Below the pieces are notes generated by a model. The model searched no databases, had not been told where the DNA came from, and worked only from the letters and a program-made list of their open reading frames with translations. Below are positions 55,286 through 64,000 of a DNA stretch of 64,000 bases, piece by piece. How positions within the stretch are numbered: position 1 is the stretch's first letter; the number at the start of each line of letters is the position of its first letter. This DNA is from an uncultured Lachnospiraceae bacterium (lineage in GTDB: Bacteria > Bacillota > Clostridia > Oscillospirales > CAG-272), in assembly GCA_964623895.1 (NCBI GenBank), contig CAZUWA010000002.1, positions 3,636 through 67,635 on the forward strand. Reading direction: 5' to 3'. Both the position numbers and the translations under genes were made by a program.

Positions 55286-56878
55286 ATGAAAGTGTTTTAC
55301 AGAATATTGGCGATACTATTGGTGATGTTGTCTGTTTTTTCCTTTGTTGCGTGCAGTGGTAAAAGAAAAACGAATACATCAGACAGCAACCCCACAAACG
55401 AACCTGTGCCCTCTGAAAGTGCTGAACCGACCGAGACGCCACCTTGTGAAGGAGCGTATTTTAATGGGGAAACGGTAAAGTTCTTTGTCAATGTTGGTCA
55501 GGATCGTTCGGCAGAACGGTCGATCGCAATCGGAGAGGATGACGATCCCACTTATGAAGTCAATGTCATGACGAATGAACGAAACAAATTGGTGGAAGAA
55601 GCGCTGAATGTGAAGATCGAACTTGCAGGTACTTGCAGCATGCAGGGGGCGGATGATGTTTTAAAGCCCATTCTGCAGTCTCATATCTATACTTATGATG
55701 TTGTTTGCCTGTATCAATACTTTGACTTGGGTCTTGCTCTCGGCGATACGGTCGGTAGCTTTTACAACTACTCCAATATGCTTGCAGACGTCACCAATTA
55801 CATCAATTTAGATGCAAAATATTGGTCGCAGGCAGTGTACAATACCCTTTCGCTGAACGATACCGGCTTTTTCTTGACCGGCGATCTGGCGCAGTCCTAT
55901 GTCGGTGCGATCTACGTTTCCTATGTGAATGCGAGATTGTGGAATGAATATGCCGAAAAGATCAGTACCCTTGAGAACAATCCGAAAGGATATACAAGTA
56001 TTTATGATATTGTCAATAACGGATATTGGACGCTTGACCTTTGGATGGAATTGGCTGATATGGCGTACATTGACAGCAATTCCAACGATAAGAAGGATTA
56101 TACCGATCAAGCGGGACTGATCAGTTATGATAATGACATAAACAACCTCACTCCCAATATGCTAGCTTGCGGCTCGGGCATCATCTATTCGAAATTGGAT
56201 GAAGTGGGCAAACCGGTGATCAACATTTACAATCAAAAGAACCTGGCGTTCGCGGAGAAACTTTATCAGTTATATGTTGAATCTGATACCGTAAGTTTTA
56301 CGATGCCCAAAAACGAGGATGGAGATACCATGCATATTATGGAGATCTTCGCCAATTGCAACGCTCTGCTTGCTACTAGCAAACTGGATAGTGCGGAGTA
56401 TTATCTGTCGGATATGAAGGATGATTTTTATGTCATGCCGCTTCCGATGTTTGATCACGACCAGTATGATCCGGAGTCTGCTTCCCGAGGATACAAAACA
56501 CAGTTGCACGATTCACTGACACAATTTGCAATTTGCAAGGATATTGGCGATGAGCGTATTCCGGTCGTGACTGCAACGATGGAACTGATGGCATTCTATT
56601 CAAAGCAGTTGGTCACTCCTGCATACTATGACAAGGCGATAAAAGATCGTTACACCAGAAGCCCACAGGATGCGGCAATCGTTGACATGATCAGAGAAGG
56701 GGTTTATACCGATTTTGCGACTGCGTGGTCATCAAGGCTTGGCAATATTACATGGCATTTCAGAAATAACTATGACAGCAGAAACCGTGCTGCGGAATTG
56801 AAAAAACTTGGTGGTACCGCTTCATATCAGATGAAAACACTGATGAAGGAACTTGAAGAAGCATTCTGGGTAGAATGA
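55286..56878 (+). CDS. Large lipoprotein, possibly an ABC substrate-binding-like protein, orphan
   Basis: Lipobox FSFVACSG, GGAGG RBS and a Ser/Thr/Pro linker. Its ~530 aa size resembles large family-1 sugar-binding lipoproteins, but I see no diagnostic motif and no transporter genes are adjacent. Confidence 0.4.
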   Translation: MKVFYRILAILLVMLSVFSFVACSGKRKTNTSDSNPTNEPVPSESAEPTETPPCEGAYFNGETVKFFVNVGQDRSAERSIAIGEDDDPTYEVNVMTNERNKLVEEALNVKIELAGTCSMQGADDVLKPILQSHIYTYDVVCLYQYFDLGLALGDTVGSFYNYSNMLADVTNYINLDAKYWSQAVYNTLSLNDTGFFLTGDLAQSYVGAIYVSYVNARLWNEYAEKISTLENNPKGYTSIYDIVNNGYWTLDLWMELADMAYIDSNSNDKKDYTDQAGLISYDNDINNLTPNMLACGSGIIYSKLDEVGKPVINIYNQKNLAFAEKLYQLYVESDTVSFTMPKNEDGDTMHIMEIFANCNALLATSKLDSAEYYLSDMKDDFYVMPLPMFDHDQYDPESASRGYKTQLHDSLTQFAICKDIGDERIPVVTATMELMAFYSKQLVTPAYYDKAIKDRYTRSPQDAAIVDMIREGVYTDFATAWSSRLGNITWHFRNNYDSRNRAAELKKLGGTASYQMKTLMKELEEAFWVE

Positions 56879-56916
56879 TTAAAGGTACGATCGGCTATGA
56901 ATTTAAGAAATCAAAT

Positions 56917-56964
56917 AAAAAAGGGTGTTAAAAAGTCATTTTGACTTTTTAACACCCTTTTTTA
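56917..56964. terminator. Bidirectional terminator with an approximately 18-bp perfect stem
   Basis: AAGGGTGTTAAAAAGTCA, loop TTT, TGACTTTTTAACACCCTT, flanked by A- and T-runs between convergent genes. Confidence 0.8.
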
Positions 56965-57981
56965 CTGTTTAATTTCCGTCAAGACGATGAAACCGTCTTT
57001 TCCGTTTGAAAGAACGCTATAGTTTTGGTCGTTCGGAACGGGTACGCGGGTAGTGCCGTTCAGGTTTGCTTTCACATAATAAAGTTGATAGTTTTTTGCG
57101 GTATCGCCCGAACCTGAAGTGATCGTCAGGCGCTTGTTGTAATTATAACCTTTGACATCCTCAAAAAAGTCTTCTAACGAAAGATCGTTTGCCATGATAT
57201 ATTCGGCATAGGGCACGCCGACGTAGCGTAAATGCCATGCGGATGCTGTCAGATCTGTGGCTTTGGTGTCTCCGATAATGTCGGGTGTGATCAAACCGTA
57301 TTTTCCGCAGACCTCCCTTAAATAATTTGCTTGTTCGGCTGAGTATTGGAAACCTTTTCCGCCATTGTTGAAGCGAAAATCAATGCTGTAACCGGTGGCA
57401 TGATCGCTGTGAGAAATATCGGTACATTCTTTGTCGGGACACTGAATGTAATTGCCTTGAATCTTGGTGTCGTAACCTGTGAGAAGCAGAAGCTGATGGC
57501 GTCCTTCGGTCTCGTCTTTAAAATGCTCGTTCAGGTCTTTTTGAAGTGCAGAGAGTGCAGAATACAGCTCCGGTGCGACCTTGACGTTGCCTGCAAGCGC
57601 CATACCGTTTCGATTTGAAAAGATGATTTCTGTCAGATTTCCTACGGTGCTTGGCGCAAAAGGATGCTCTGCGTCTACCGTGGACAAGAGATCGAAGGAG
57701 AACAACTGCTCGAGTGTGAAATCTAAATATTCGGTCGCGGCAGGCAGGGATGGCGTCGGCTCGGCTGTTCCGAAGGACAGAGAGGGTGTTGGTTCGGCAG
57801 TCAGAGACTGATTTGGTGTTTTGCTTGCACCGGAAGACTGCGAAGGATCGGGCGCTTCGTGAAAACGAACAAAAACAAGTGCGACAATCAGCGCCACGAC
57901 AAGAAGAAGCGCGGCTGTCAACAGATAGATCGTCGTATAGCGATGATGGATCTCTTGGGATCGGCGTGTGCTTTGACTCAT
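56962..57981 (-). CDS. M15-family (VanY-like) D-alanyl-D-alanine carboxypeptidase, membrane anchored
   Basis: TM segment IYLLTAALLLVVALIVALVFV, zinc ligands in HSDHATGYSIDF, and AWHLRYVG. I prefer the ATG at 57981 (GGAG 7 nt upstream) to 58014. Confidence 0.72.
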   Translation of the reverse strand: MSQSTRRSQEIHHRYTTIYLLTAALLLVVALIVALVFVRFHEAPDPSQSSGASKTPNQSLTAEPTPSLSFGTAEPTPSLPAATEYLDFTLEQLFSFDLLSTVDAEHPFAPSTVGNLTEIIFSNRNGMALAGNVKVAPELYSALSALQKDLNEHFKDETEGRHQLLLLTGYDTKIQGNYIQCPDKECTDISHSDHATGYSIDFRFNNGGKGFQYSAEQANYLREVCGKYGLITPDIIGDTKATDLTASAWHLRYVGVPYAEYIMANDLSLEDFFEDVKGYNYNKRLTITSGSGDTAKNYQLYYVKANLNGTTRVPVPNDQNYSVLSNGKDGFIVLTEIKQ

Positions 57982-58225
57982 AGTAATCTCCATTCCGCCG
58001 CTCTGCAGCGACATTTGTAATAGGATCCGACCGTGTTTTGCTTTGCAAAAAATCGAATCGGGCTTGTTTTTTATTGATGTAATTGTCGTGTGATCTCAAG
58101 AAGGTCTTTCTCTTCTTCCTTATTGTAGCACATTTTCCGAAATAATAAAAGAGATTTTCAAAAAATGTTTTGTTTTTTAGAAAAAAGCACGGCAAGCGTG
58201 TGCCTGCCGTGTTTAAAAAATATCT

Positions 58226-59788
58226 TTATTTTACTTCGACATTTTCGCCGAGCCACTTCTGCGCCTCGTTGATTGCGACTTGTCTCTTAACATATTTTTT
58301 GCCGTAGGAGTCGATGACGCTGTCTCTGGTCTCTTCGTCTCCGTAGAAATCAAGGATCTGTTCGCTTGTTACATCCGTCAAATTTTGATCCTTTGCGATT
58401 TGGTAAAGGATCAGATCCTGCTTCAACGATTTGCCTGCTTCGTCATACAAATCCTTTTCCATACTGTTTACATAACTTGCTGCGGTGCTTGCGTTTTGGA
58501 AGTAGGAATAATACATCATGTAGTAGTAGTTGTACAGCATGTTGTAATACTCGTCAAGTTGGGAGATCGGCCATTTCTTCATGGTGGAGTTTGCCATCAT
58601 TGCTTCCACAGCCAAAACTTCTTTTGCGGATTTATTGTAGTCTGCCATCAGTTCAGCTTTGTTTTCGTATTCAAACTCGGCGTCTTCGTTTGCCTTGAGA
58701 TAATCCTTCTTGAGAGTATCGAATTCTTCTTGGTCTTCAATGTCTCTGCGGAATTCGATCTCAACTTCGAGAATGGTCACTTCATAGGTGATGTTCTTTT
58801 CTTTTAAGATCGCAGTCTTATGATCCTTGGGGAACTGAAGGGTGAAGGCAGGTACTTTGGTGTTTACCGCAACGGACTGACCGACCAGTTTTGCGGCAAA
58901 ACCAGTAACAAAGGAACTGTCTTCTTCGATAGCATCGTCTTCGTCAACATCGTCATCGGGATCGGAGGGCATGATGTAAGCATAACCCTTCTTTGTCTCT
59001 TCCTCTTCATCTTCTTCAGGCTCTTCGGAAGTCTCGTCCTCTTCTTTTTCCTCGTCGTCTTCAGCGGTGTAACTGGTGTATTCCGGAACGGTCCATTCGA
59101 TCGTTAAGGTGATCTCATCGCCGTCTTTTGCAGTGATCTTGCCGTTCTGTCCTGCAATGGTGACCTTGAAATTGTGCTCTTTCTTAGTTGTTTCGGTATC
59201 TTCGGAGGTGGAAGTGGAGGTGCTTTCATCCGCCTGCGGAGCGGGTTCAGCGTCATCCGATACAGCGGTAGCTTCGGCATTTGCAGAGGAAGGCTCTTCG
59301 GAAGTTTCATCCTCCTCGTCTTCGATCGCTTTGAAAGCATCCTCGAAGGAAGAAGCGGTGACATCGCCTAAAGGAAGTTTGAATTCGGCAACGCCGTCTT
59401 TGAATTCAGCTGCCTTTAATGCTTCGTCAAATCCGGTCACGCCGGACTCGCCAAGTTTAATCTTGATGGTGTCATTCAGCATTTCGAGCGTGGAGGTGTA
59501 GTAGATATAAACGGTGTAAGAACCGCTGATGAAATCGTCCGGAAGATCCTTGTTCGAATCATAAACGATCGTGCCTGTAGTGATGTCGCGAATACCGGGG
59601 TATGCCTCAAGTAGACTTTTGAGCGCGTCATCTACCTTTTCTGTTACATCTTTATTGGTAATGAAAATGACCGAACCGTCCTTATAGTCTGCCATATTCA
59701 CATAAGAGCTTACATTATTGAAACCCGAGCAGGCGCAAAGCCCCAGAAGCATCAATACTGCAAGCAAAGCCGCAATAAATTTCTTCAT
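58226..59788 (-). CDS. Acidic lipoprotein with trigger-factor/FKBP-like segments (hypothetical chaperone)
   Basis: Lipobox LLGLCAC. Two poly-acidic inserts (EDEEDETSEEPSS..., EDDEEKEEDETSEEPEEDEEEETKK). SSFVTGFAAKLVGQSV...FPKDH...EVTILEVE resembles a trigger-factor PPIase-type strand pattern. The helical C-terminal half is Tyr/Met-rich. Confidence 0.4.
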   Translation of the reverse strand: MKKFIAALLAVLMLLGLCACSGFNNVSSYVNMADYKDGSVIFITNKDVTEKVDDALKSLLEAYPGIRDITTGTIVYDSNKDLPDDFISGSYTVYIYYTSTLEMLNDTIKIKLGESGVTGFDEALKAAEFKDGVAEFKLPLGDVTASSFEDAFKAIEDEEDETSEEPSSANAEATAVSDDAEPAPQADESTSTSTSEDTETTKKEHNFKVTIAGQNGKITAKDGDEITLTIEWTVPEYTSYTAEDDEEKEEDETSEEPEEDEEEETKKGYAYIMPSDPDDDVDEDDAIEEDSSFVTGFAAKLVGQSVAVNTKVPAFTLQFPKDHKTAILKEKNITYEVTILEVEIEFRRDIEDQEEFDTLKKDYLKANEDAEFEYENKAELMADYNKSAKEVLAVEAMMANSTMKKWPISQLDEYYNMLYNYYYMMYYSYFQNASTAASYVNSMEKDLYDEAGKSLKQDLILYQIAKDQNLTDVTSEQILDFYGDEETRDSVIDSYGKKYVKRQVAINEAQKWLGENVEVK

Positions 59789-60080
59789 TTCTTTGAACTC
59801 CTTGTTTTGGTGTTTTTAGTCATCACTCTTATGATATCACATTTTTGGCAAAATGTAAAGTCCTATTTTGAAATTTCTCCCCTGTTTCGATGAGAAAACT
59901 GCGAAGAAACGGTTAATTTTTTATGAAACTGCTGATTCGATGGCGTGGCTGTATTTCGATCGTATGATCGTGTTCTGCTCTGATCGGAGGTCGTTTTCTA
60001 CTGCAAGTTGTCGCTTTTAACAATAAAATTTTGAATAAATTGTATAAATTACCAAAAATTTAAAAAGAAGAAAAAACCTC

Positions 60081-60109
60081 TTGCAAAACAGCGGAGAGTG
60101 TTATATACT
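60081..60109 (+). promoter_or_regulatory. Sigma-A-like promoter of the gcv operon
   Basis: TTGCAA (60081), 17 nt, TATACT (60104). Confidence 0.45.
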
Positions 60110-60213
60110 GTTTTAAGGTGGAGGAGTCGCCATTACGGTTCATTGCGGCGTTTTTACCGAAAACCGGTCAATCTGTTTAGAATTTGTCGGAGAAAAGAGA
60201 GAAATATAAATAT

Positions 60214-61326
60214 ATGGAAAAGAAAACCCCTTTGTATGATGATCATGTTGCCTTAGGTGGTAAGATTGTACCTTTTGCGGGATATCTTTTGCCGGTACAG
60301 TACGGAACGGGTGTTATTGCCGAGCATATGGCAGTACGTACCAAGGCAGGTCTCTTTGATGTTTCGCATATGGCGGAGTTGGTTTTGGAAGGGCAGGACG
60401 CACTGGCAAACGCTAATATGCTGACGACCGTGCATGTGGAAGAAATGACGGTCGGACAGGTCAAATATTCTCCGATGTGCAATGAGCAGGGCGGTATCGT
60501 AGACGATTTGATGGTCTATAAGATGGGCGAGGAGAAATATCTCTTTGTTGTCAATGCGGCAAATCATGAAAAAGACTACGAATGGATGAAGGCGCATATT
60601 TCGGGTAACGTTACCTTGACGGACATTTCGGAAGATGTTGCACAGATCGCTTTGCAAGGACCGAATTCAGAAGAGATCTTGCAGAAGATCTGCCCGACAG
60701 AATGCATTCCCACCAAGTATTACAGCTTTGTGGAAGATGGCAAACTGATGCTTTCTGACGGTAAAATCATCGCTGCTATCGTTTCCAAGACCGGCTACAC
60801 CGGCGAAGACGGCTATGAATTGTATTGCTCTTCCGCAGATGCATCCGCGCTTTGGAACACCCTTTTGGCAGTCGGCAAGGATAATGGATTGATCCCTTGC
60901 GGATTGGGTGCGAGAGATACTTTGCGTATGGAAGCTGCCATGCCGCTCTACGGACACGAGATGAACGATGAGATGACCCCAAAGGAATCAGGACTTTCAT
61001 TTTTCGTCAAGATGGACAAACCGGATTTTATCGGCAAAACTGCCATTGAAGCAAAGGGCGTGCCCACGATCAAGCGAGTAGGCTTGGAAGTCACCGGCAA
61101 GGGGATCGCAAGAGAACATAGCGATGTGTATGTAGACGGTGAAAAGGTCGGATATGTCACATCCGGTACGTATTGCCCGTTTATCGGCAAGGCGATCGCA
61201 ATGGCATATCTGCCGGTCGAATTTGCAGAACTCGGCAGAAAGGTTGAGATCGATGTTCGCGGCAGAAAAGTCGAGGCAGAGGTTATCAAGCTTCCTTTCT
61301 ATAAGAAATCTGCAAAAGCACAATAA
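60214..61326 (+). CDS. gcvT: Glycine cleavage system aminomethyltransferase (T protein)
   Basis: KKTPLYDDHVALGGKIVPFAGYLLPVQY, GLFDVSHM and ARDTLRMEAAMPLYGHE. Confidence 0.94.
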   Translation: MEKKTPLYDDHVALGGKIVPFAGYLLPVQYGTGVIAEHMAVRTKAGLFDVSHMAELVLEGQDALANANMLTTVHVEEMTVGQVKYSPMCNEQGGIVDDLMVYKMGEEKYLFVVNAANHEKDYEWMKAHISGNVTLTDISEDVAQIALQGPNSEEILQKICPTECIPTKYYSFVEDGKLMLSDGKIIAAIVSKTGYTGEDGYELYCSSADASALWNTLLAVGKDNGLIPCGLGARDTLRMEAAMPLYGHEMNDEMTPKESGLSFFVKMDKPDFIGKTAIEAKGVPTIKRVGLEVTGKGIAREHSDVYVDGEKVGYVTSGTYCPFIGKAIAMAYLPVEFAELGRKVEIDVRGRKVEAEVIKLPFYKKSAKAQ

Positions 61327-61363
61327 GTTTATATTTTTTATTAACATATTTACGGAGGCAATC

Positions 61364-61738
61364 ATGATTATTCCTAACGATTTACTGTATACAAAGACAC
61401 ACGAGTGGGTGAAAAAGAACGAAGACGGCACTGTGACCGTCGGACTCACCGATTACGCACAGGCAGAAATGGGCGATTTGGTGTTTGTTGAGTTGCCTGC
61501 AGAAGGGGATGCCGTTACCATGGAGGAAGGTTTTGCAAATGTTGAGTCTGTAAAAGCTGTTTCCGAAGTCAATTCTCCGGTTACCGGTGTGGTCACTCTT
61601 GTCAATGAAGATCTTGACAGCGAGCCGGCGAAGATCAACGAGACACCTTATGAAGCGTGGATCGTACAGATCGGTGAGATCGAGGACACCGTCGAACTCA
61701 TGACTGCTGATGAATACGAAGTATTCTGCAATGAATAA
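61364..61738 (+). CDS. gcvH: Glycine cleavage system H protein
   Basis: YTKTHEWVK...VTVGLTDYAQ and the lipoyl-lysine region VESVKAVSEVNSPV. The ATG at 61364 has GGAGG upstream. Confidence 0.94.
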   Translation: MIIPNDLLYTKTHEWVKKNEDGTVTVGLTDYAQAEMGDLVFVELPAEGDAVTMEEGFANVESVKAVSEVNSPVTGVVTLVNEDLDSEPAKINETPYEAWIVQIGEIEDTVELMTADEYEVFCNE

Positions 61739-61913
61739 GTTTTGACAAAGCGGACAGTGTTTCCCTTCTCGGCAACGCCGTCCGTTTTATTATTCTGTAT
61801 TCTAATCCTGTATATTTTTTAAATTTTTGAAGGGCTTCAAAGGGGATTGTTTTTGAAAAAAGCATCCGTTTTCGGTTCCTTCATCCACAAAATCAAAAAG
61901 GAAGGTGAACACT

Positions 61914-63233
61914 ATGGGAAGTTATATCCCCTCAAGCGCAGCGGAACGGCAGGAAATGCTGAAAAAGATCGGCGTTGCCACTGTTGAAGATCTGTACGCA
62001 GCCGTTCCGTCCGCCATGCTTTTAAAGGAGTTGGATCTCCCAAAAGGAAAGTCGGAACTGGAGGTTTCCGCAGAAATGATCGCGATCTCCGAAAAGAATA
62101 TCGTTTTTAAGACGATCTTGCGCGGAGCAGGCGCGTATAACCATTATATTCCCTCCATTGTGAAGAGCGTGGTGAACAAAGAAGAGTTCGTCACTGCTTA
62201 TACCCCTTATCAAGCAGAGATCAGCCAAGGCATCCTGCAGAGTATTTTTGAATATCAGACGATGATCTGTGAATTGACCGGCATGGATGTTTCCAACGCT
62301 TCTGTTTACGATGGCGCAACGGCGATGGCAGAGGCAGTTGCCATGTGCAAGGATCGCAAGAAGACCAAGGTGCTCCTTTCAGGCGCGGTCAATCCGGAAC
62401 ACGCGCTGGTTGCAAAGACCTATTGTCACGCTTCCGGCACTGCGATCGAGACCGTTTCGGTGAACGAGGAAGGTGTGACCGATCTTGAAGTATTGAAGAA
62501 AATGTTGGCGGAAGATCAGACGGTTGCTTGTGTCATTTGCCAACAACCCAATTTCTACGGTATTTTTGAGGACTGTACCGCCGTTGCGGAAGCAGTCCAT
62601 GCGGCAGGCGCAAAATTTGTACTGTCCGTCAACCCCATTTCGCTAGGCGCTTACAAGACGCCCCGCGAATATGGTGCAGACATTGCTGTCGGTGAAGGAC
62701 AGCCGCTCGGTATGCCGCTTGCATTCGGCGGACCGTACCTCGGCTTTATGGCGACTACGACCGCGATGCAGAGAAAACTGCCCGGCAGGATCGTCGGGGA
62801 AACGATCGATGTGGACGGTAAGAGAGGCTATGTTCTGACTCTTCAGGCAAGAGAACAGCACATCCGCCGCGAAAAAGCATCTTCCAACATCTGCTCCAAC
62901 CAAGCGCTCTGCGCTTTAACGGCTTCTGTATACCTTTCCGCTATGGGTGAAAAGGGACTTCGTGAAGCGGCAAATCTTTCCGCTTCCAAAGCGCATTATC
63001 TTGCGGGAGAGCTTTGCAAGATCAACGGTGTTGATATGGTCTATGGCGGAGAATATTTTGATGAATTTCTCACCACCTTGCCGAAAACCGACGAAGTACT
63101 TGCCGCGCTCGCGCAGAACGGCATTTTGGGCGGTTTGCCCACGGAAAAGGGCGTTTTGTGGTGCGTCACAGAAGTGATTACCAAGAAAGAAATGGATCGA
63201 GCAGTCGAGATCGTGAGGGAGGTGCTTGCATGA
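61914..63233 (+). CDS. gcvPA: Glycine dehydrogenase (decarboxylating) subunit 1
   Basis: [47 protein letters not shown] and [21 protein letters not shown]. Confidence 0.94.
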   Translation: MGSYIPSSAAERQEMLKKIGVATVEDLYAAVPSAMLLKELDLPKGKSELEVSAEMIAISEKNIVFKTILRGAGAYNHYIPSIVKSVVNKEEFVTAYTPYQAEISQGILQSIFEYQTMICELTGMDVSNASVYDGATAMAEAVAMCKDRKKTKVLLSGAVNPEHALVAKTYCHASGTAIETVSVNEEGVTDLEVLKKMLAEDQTVACVICQQPNFYGIFEDCTAVAEAVHAAGAKFVLSVNPISLGAYKTPREYGADIAVGEGQPLGMPLAFGGPYLGFMATTTAMQRKLPGRIVGETIDVDGKRGYVLTLQAREQHIRREKASSNICSNQALCALTASVYLSAMGEKGLREAANLSASKAHYLAGELCKINGVDMVYGGEYFDEFLTTLPKTDEVLAALAQNGILGGLPTEKGVLWCVTEVITKKEMDRAVEIVREVLA

Positions 63234-64000
63234 AACTGATTTTTGAACGCGGAGAAGTCGGACAGAGTTTGTCTTTGATGCCTGAATGCGATGTGCCGGA
63301 AGTTTTTGCGCCCTCCACGCTTGCGAGAGAAAGCAAATTAAACCTTCCGCATGTCTCGGAGAACGAACTTTCAAGACACTATACAGAGTTGGCAAAATGT
63401 GTACACGGTGTGAATGACGGTTTCTATCCGCTTGGTTCTTGCACCATGAAATACAACCCCAAGGTCAATGAAGATATGGCAGCACTTCCCGGATTTACCA
63501 AAGTGCATCCTCTTCAGGAGGAAAGTACGGTACAGGGAAGTTTGGAAGTGCTTTATGACATCGAAAAAGCGCTCGGCGAGATCTCCGGTATGGATGCGGT
63601 CACACTGCAACCCGCAGCAGGCGCGCATGGTGAATTTACCGGTCTGATGCTCATTAAGTGCTATCTTGAAGAGACCGGTCAAACAGAGAGAAAGAACATT
63701 ATCGTTCCGGATTCTGCACACGGCACCAATCCCGCTTCCGCTGTGATGTGCGGATTTAATATTGTCAATATTCCTTCCGGCACAGATGGTTGCGTAGATC
63801 TTGAAGCGTTAAAAGCGGCTGTAGGTCCGGATACCGCCGGTTTGATGCTTACAAACCCCAACACTGTTGGCGTATTTGACAAGAATATTCTGAAGATCAC
63901 CGAGATTGTCCACGATGCGGGCGGACTTTGTTACTACGACGGTGCGAACCTCAATGCCGTTATGGGCGTGGTGCGCCCTGGCGATATGGGTTTTGACTGC
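63230..64000 (+). CDS. gcvPB: Glycine dehydrogenase (decarboxylating) subunit 2, 3'-truncated by the window edge
   Basis: The ATG overlaps the gcvPA stop (ATGA). My translation is [24 protein letters not shown]...[39 protein letters not shown]. The ORF is open to base 64000, and it is absent from the ORF track because no stop lies in the window. Confidence 0.9.
   Translation, partial: MKLIFERGEVGQSLSLMPECDVPEVFAPSTLARESKLNLPHVSENELSRHYTELAKCVHGVNDGFYPLGSCTMKYNPKVNEDMAALPGFTKVHPLQEESTVQGSLEVLYDIEKALGEISGMDAVTLQPAAGAHGEFTGLMLIKCYLEETGQTERKNIIVPDSAHGTNPASAVMCGFNIVNIPSGTDGCVDLEALKAAVGPDTAGLMLTNPNTVGVFDKNILKITEIVHDAGGLCYYDGANLNAVMGVVRPGDMGFDC

Noticed and set aside
57518-58195. 225-aa minus-strand ORF overlapping the M15 peptidase gene in another frame
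   Set aside because: The frame with the zinc-ligand motifs (HSDHATGYSIDF, WHLRYVG), a TM anchor and a good RBS is the real gene. This one is Arg-rich and runs through the promoter region.
60087-60213. Possible glycine riboswitch in the gcvT leader
   Set aside because: Only partial motif resemblance (GGAGGAG, ACCGAA). I see no CUCAGGCAAAAGGAC-like element and no complementary strand to close P1. The leader is kept as an open question in the findings, but it is not called as a feature. cmsearch with RF00504 is needed.

Overview
This window is core chromosome from a spore-forming Firmicute (Clostridia-like) and spans the replication origin. All calls come from reading motifs in the supplied translations and the DNA by eye. 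No homology search, covariance model or folding program was run.

Gene content, left to right:
- prfB (5' truncated), nrdR, a CotH/Big_2 lipoprotein, an oxidoreductase, an EF-G paralogue, a TIGR01212-type radical SAM protein and mscL.
- A 25 kb plus-strand block: a ParB-like paralogue, two parS sites, parA/parB, serS, polA, an SPFH/zinc-ribbon/TPM operon, a dCMP deaminase, rimI, tsaD, a DnaA-box cluster, a dnaD-like/dnaI-like/Toprim operon, gpr, a SigH-like sigma factor and dpaA/dpaB.
- The canonical origin core: jag-yidC-yidD-rnpA-rpmH on the minus strand, then dnaA, oriC, dnaN, recF, remB-like, gyrB and gyrA.
- recA, recX, rimO, cinA(PncC), asd, several lipoproteins and the glycine-cleavage operon gcvT-gcvH-gcvPA-gcvPB (3' truncated).

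I saw no rRNA, tRNA, CRISPR array, transposase, integrase, prophage or recognisable defence system. I do not claim a new multi-gene system.

The points most worth a second look:
1. The 9.95-35.03 kb block appears inverted, so about 24 genes read head-on toward oriC.
2. A perfect LexA (Cheo) box lies next to a divergent ParB-like gene that has no recognisable helix-turn-helix.
3. Five same-orientation DnaA boxes lie just downstream of tsaD and upstream of the helicase-loader operon, which ends in a translationally coupled Toprim gene.
4. The dnaA-dnaN spacer holds a readable origin (DnaA boxes, GC cluster, DnaA-trios, AT-rich unwinding element), and I found no DnaA boxes upstream of dnaA.
5. 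A 48-codon ORF overlaps the yidD stop codon and ends just upstream of yidC.
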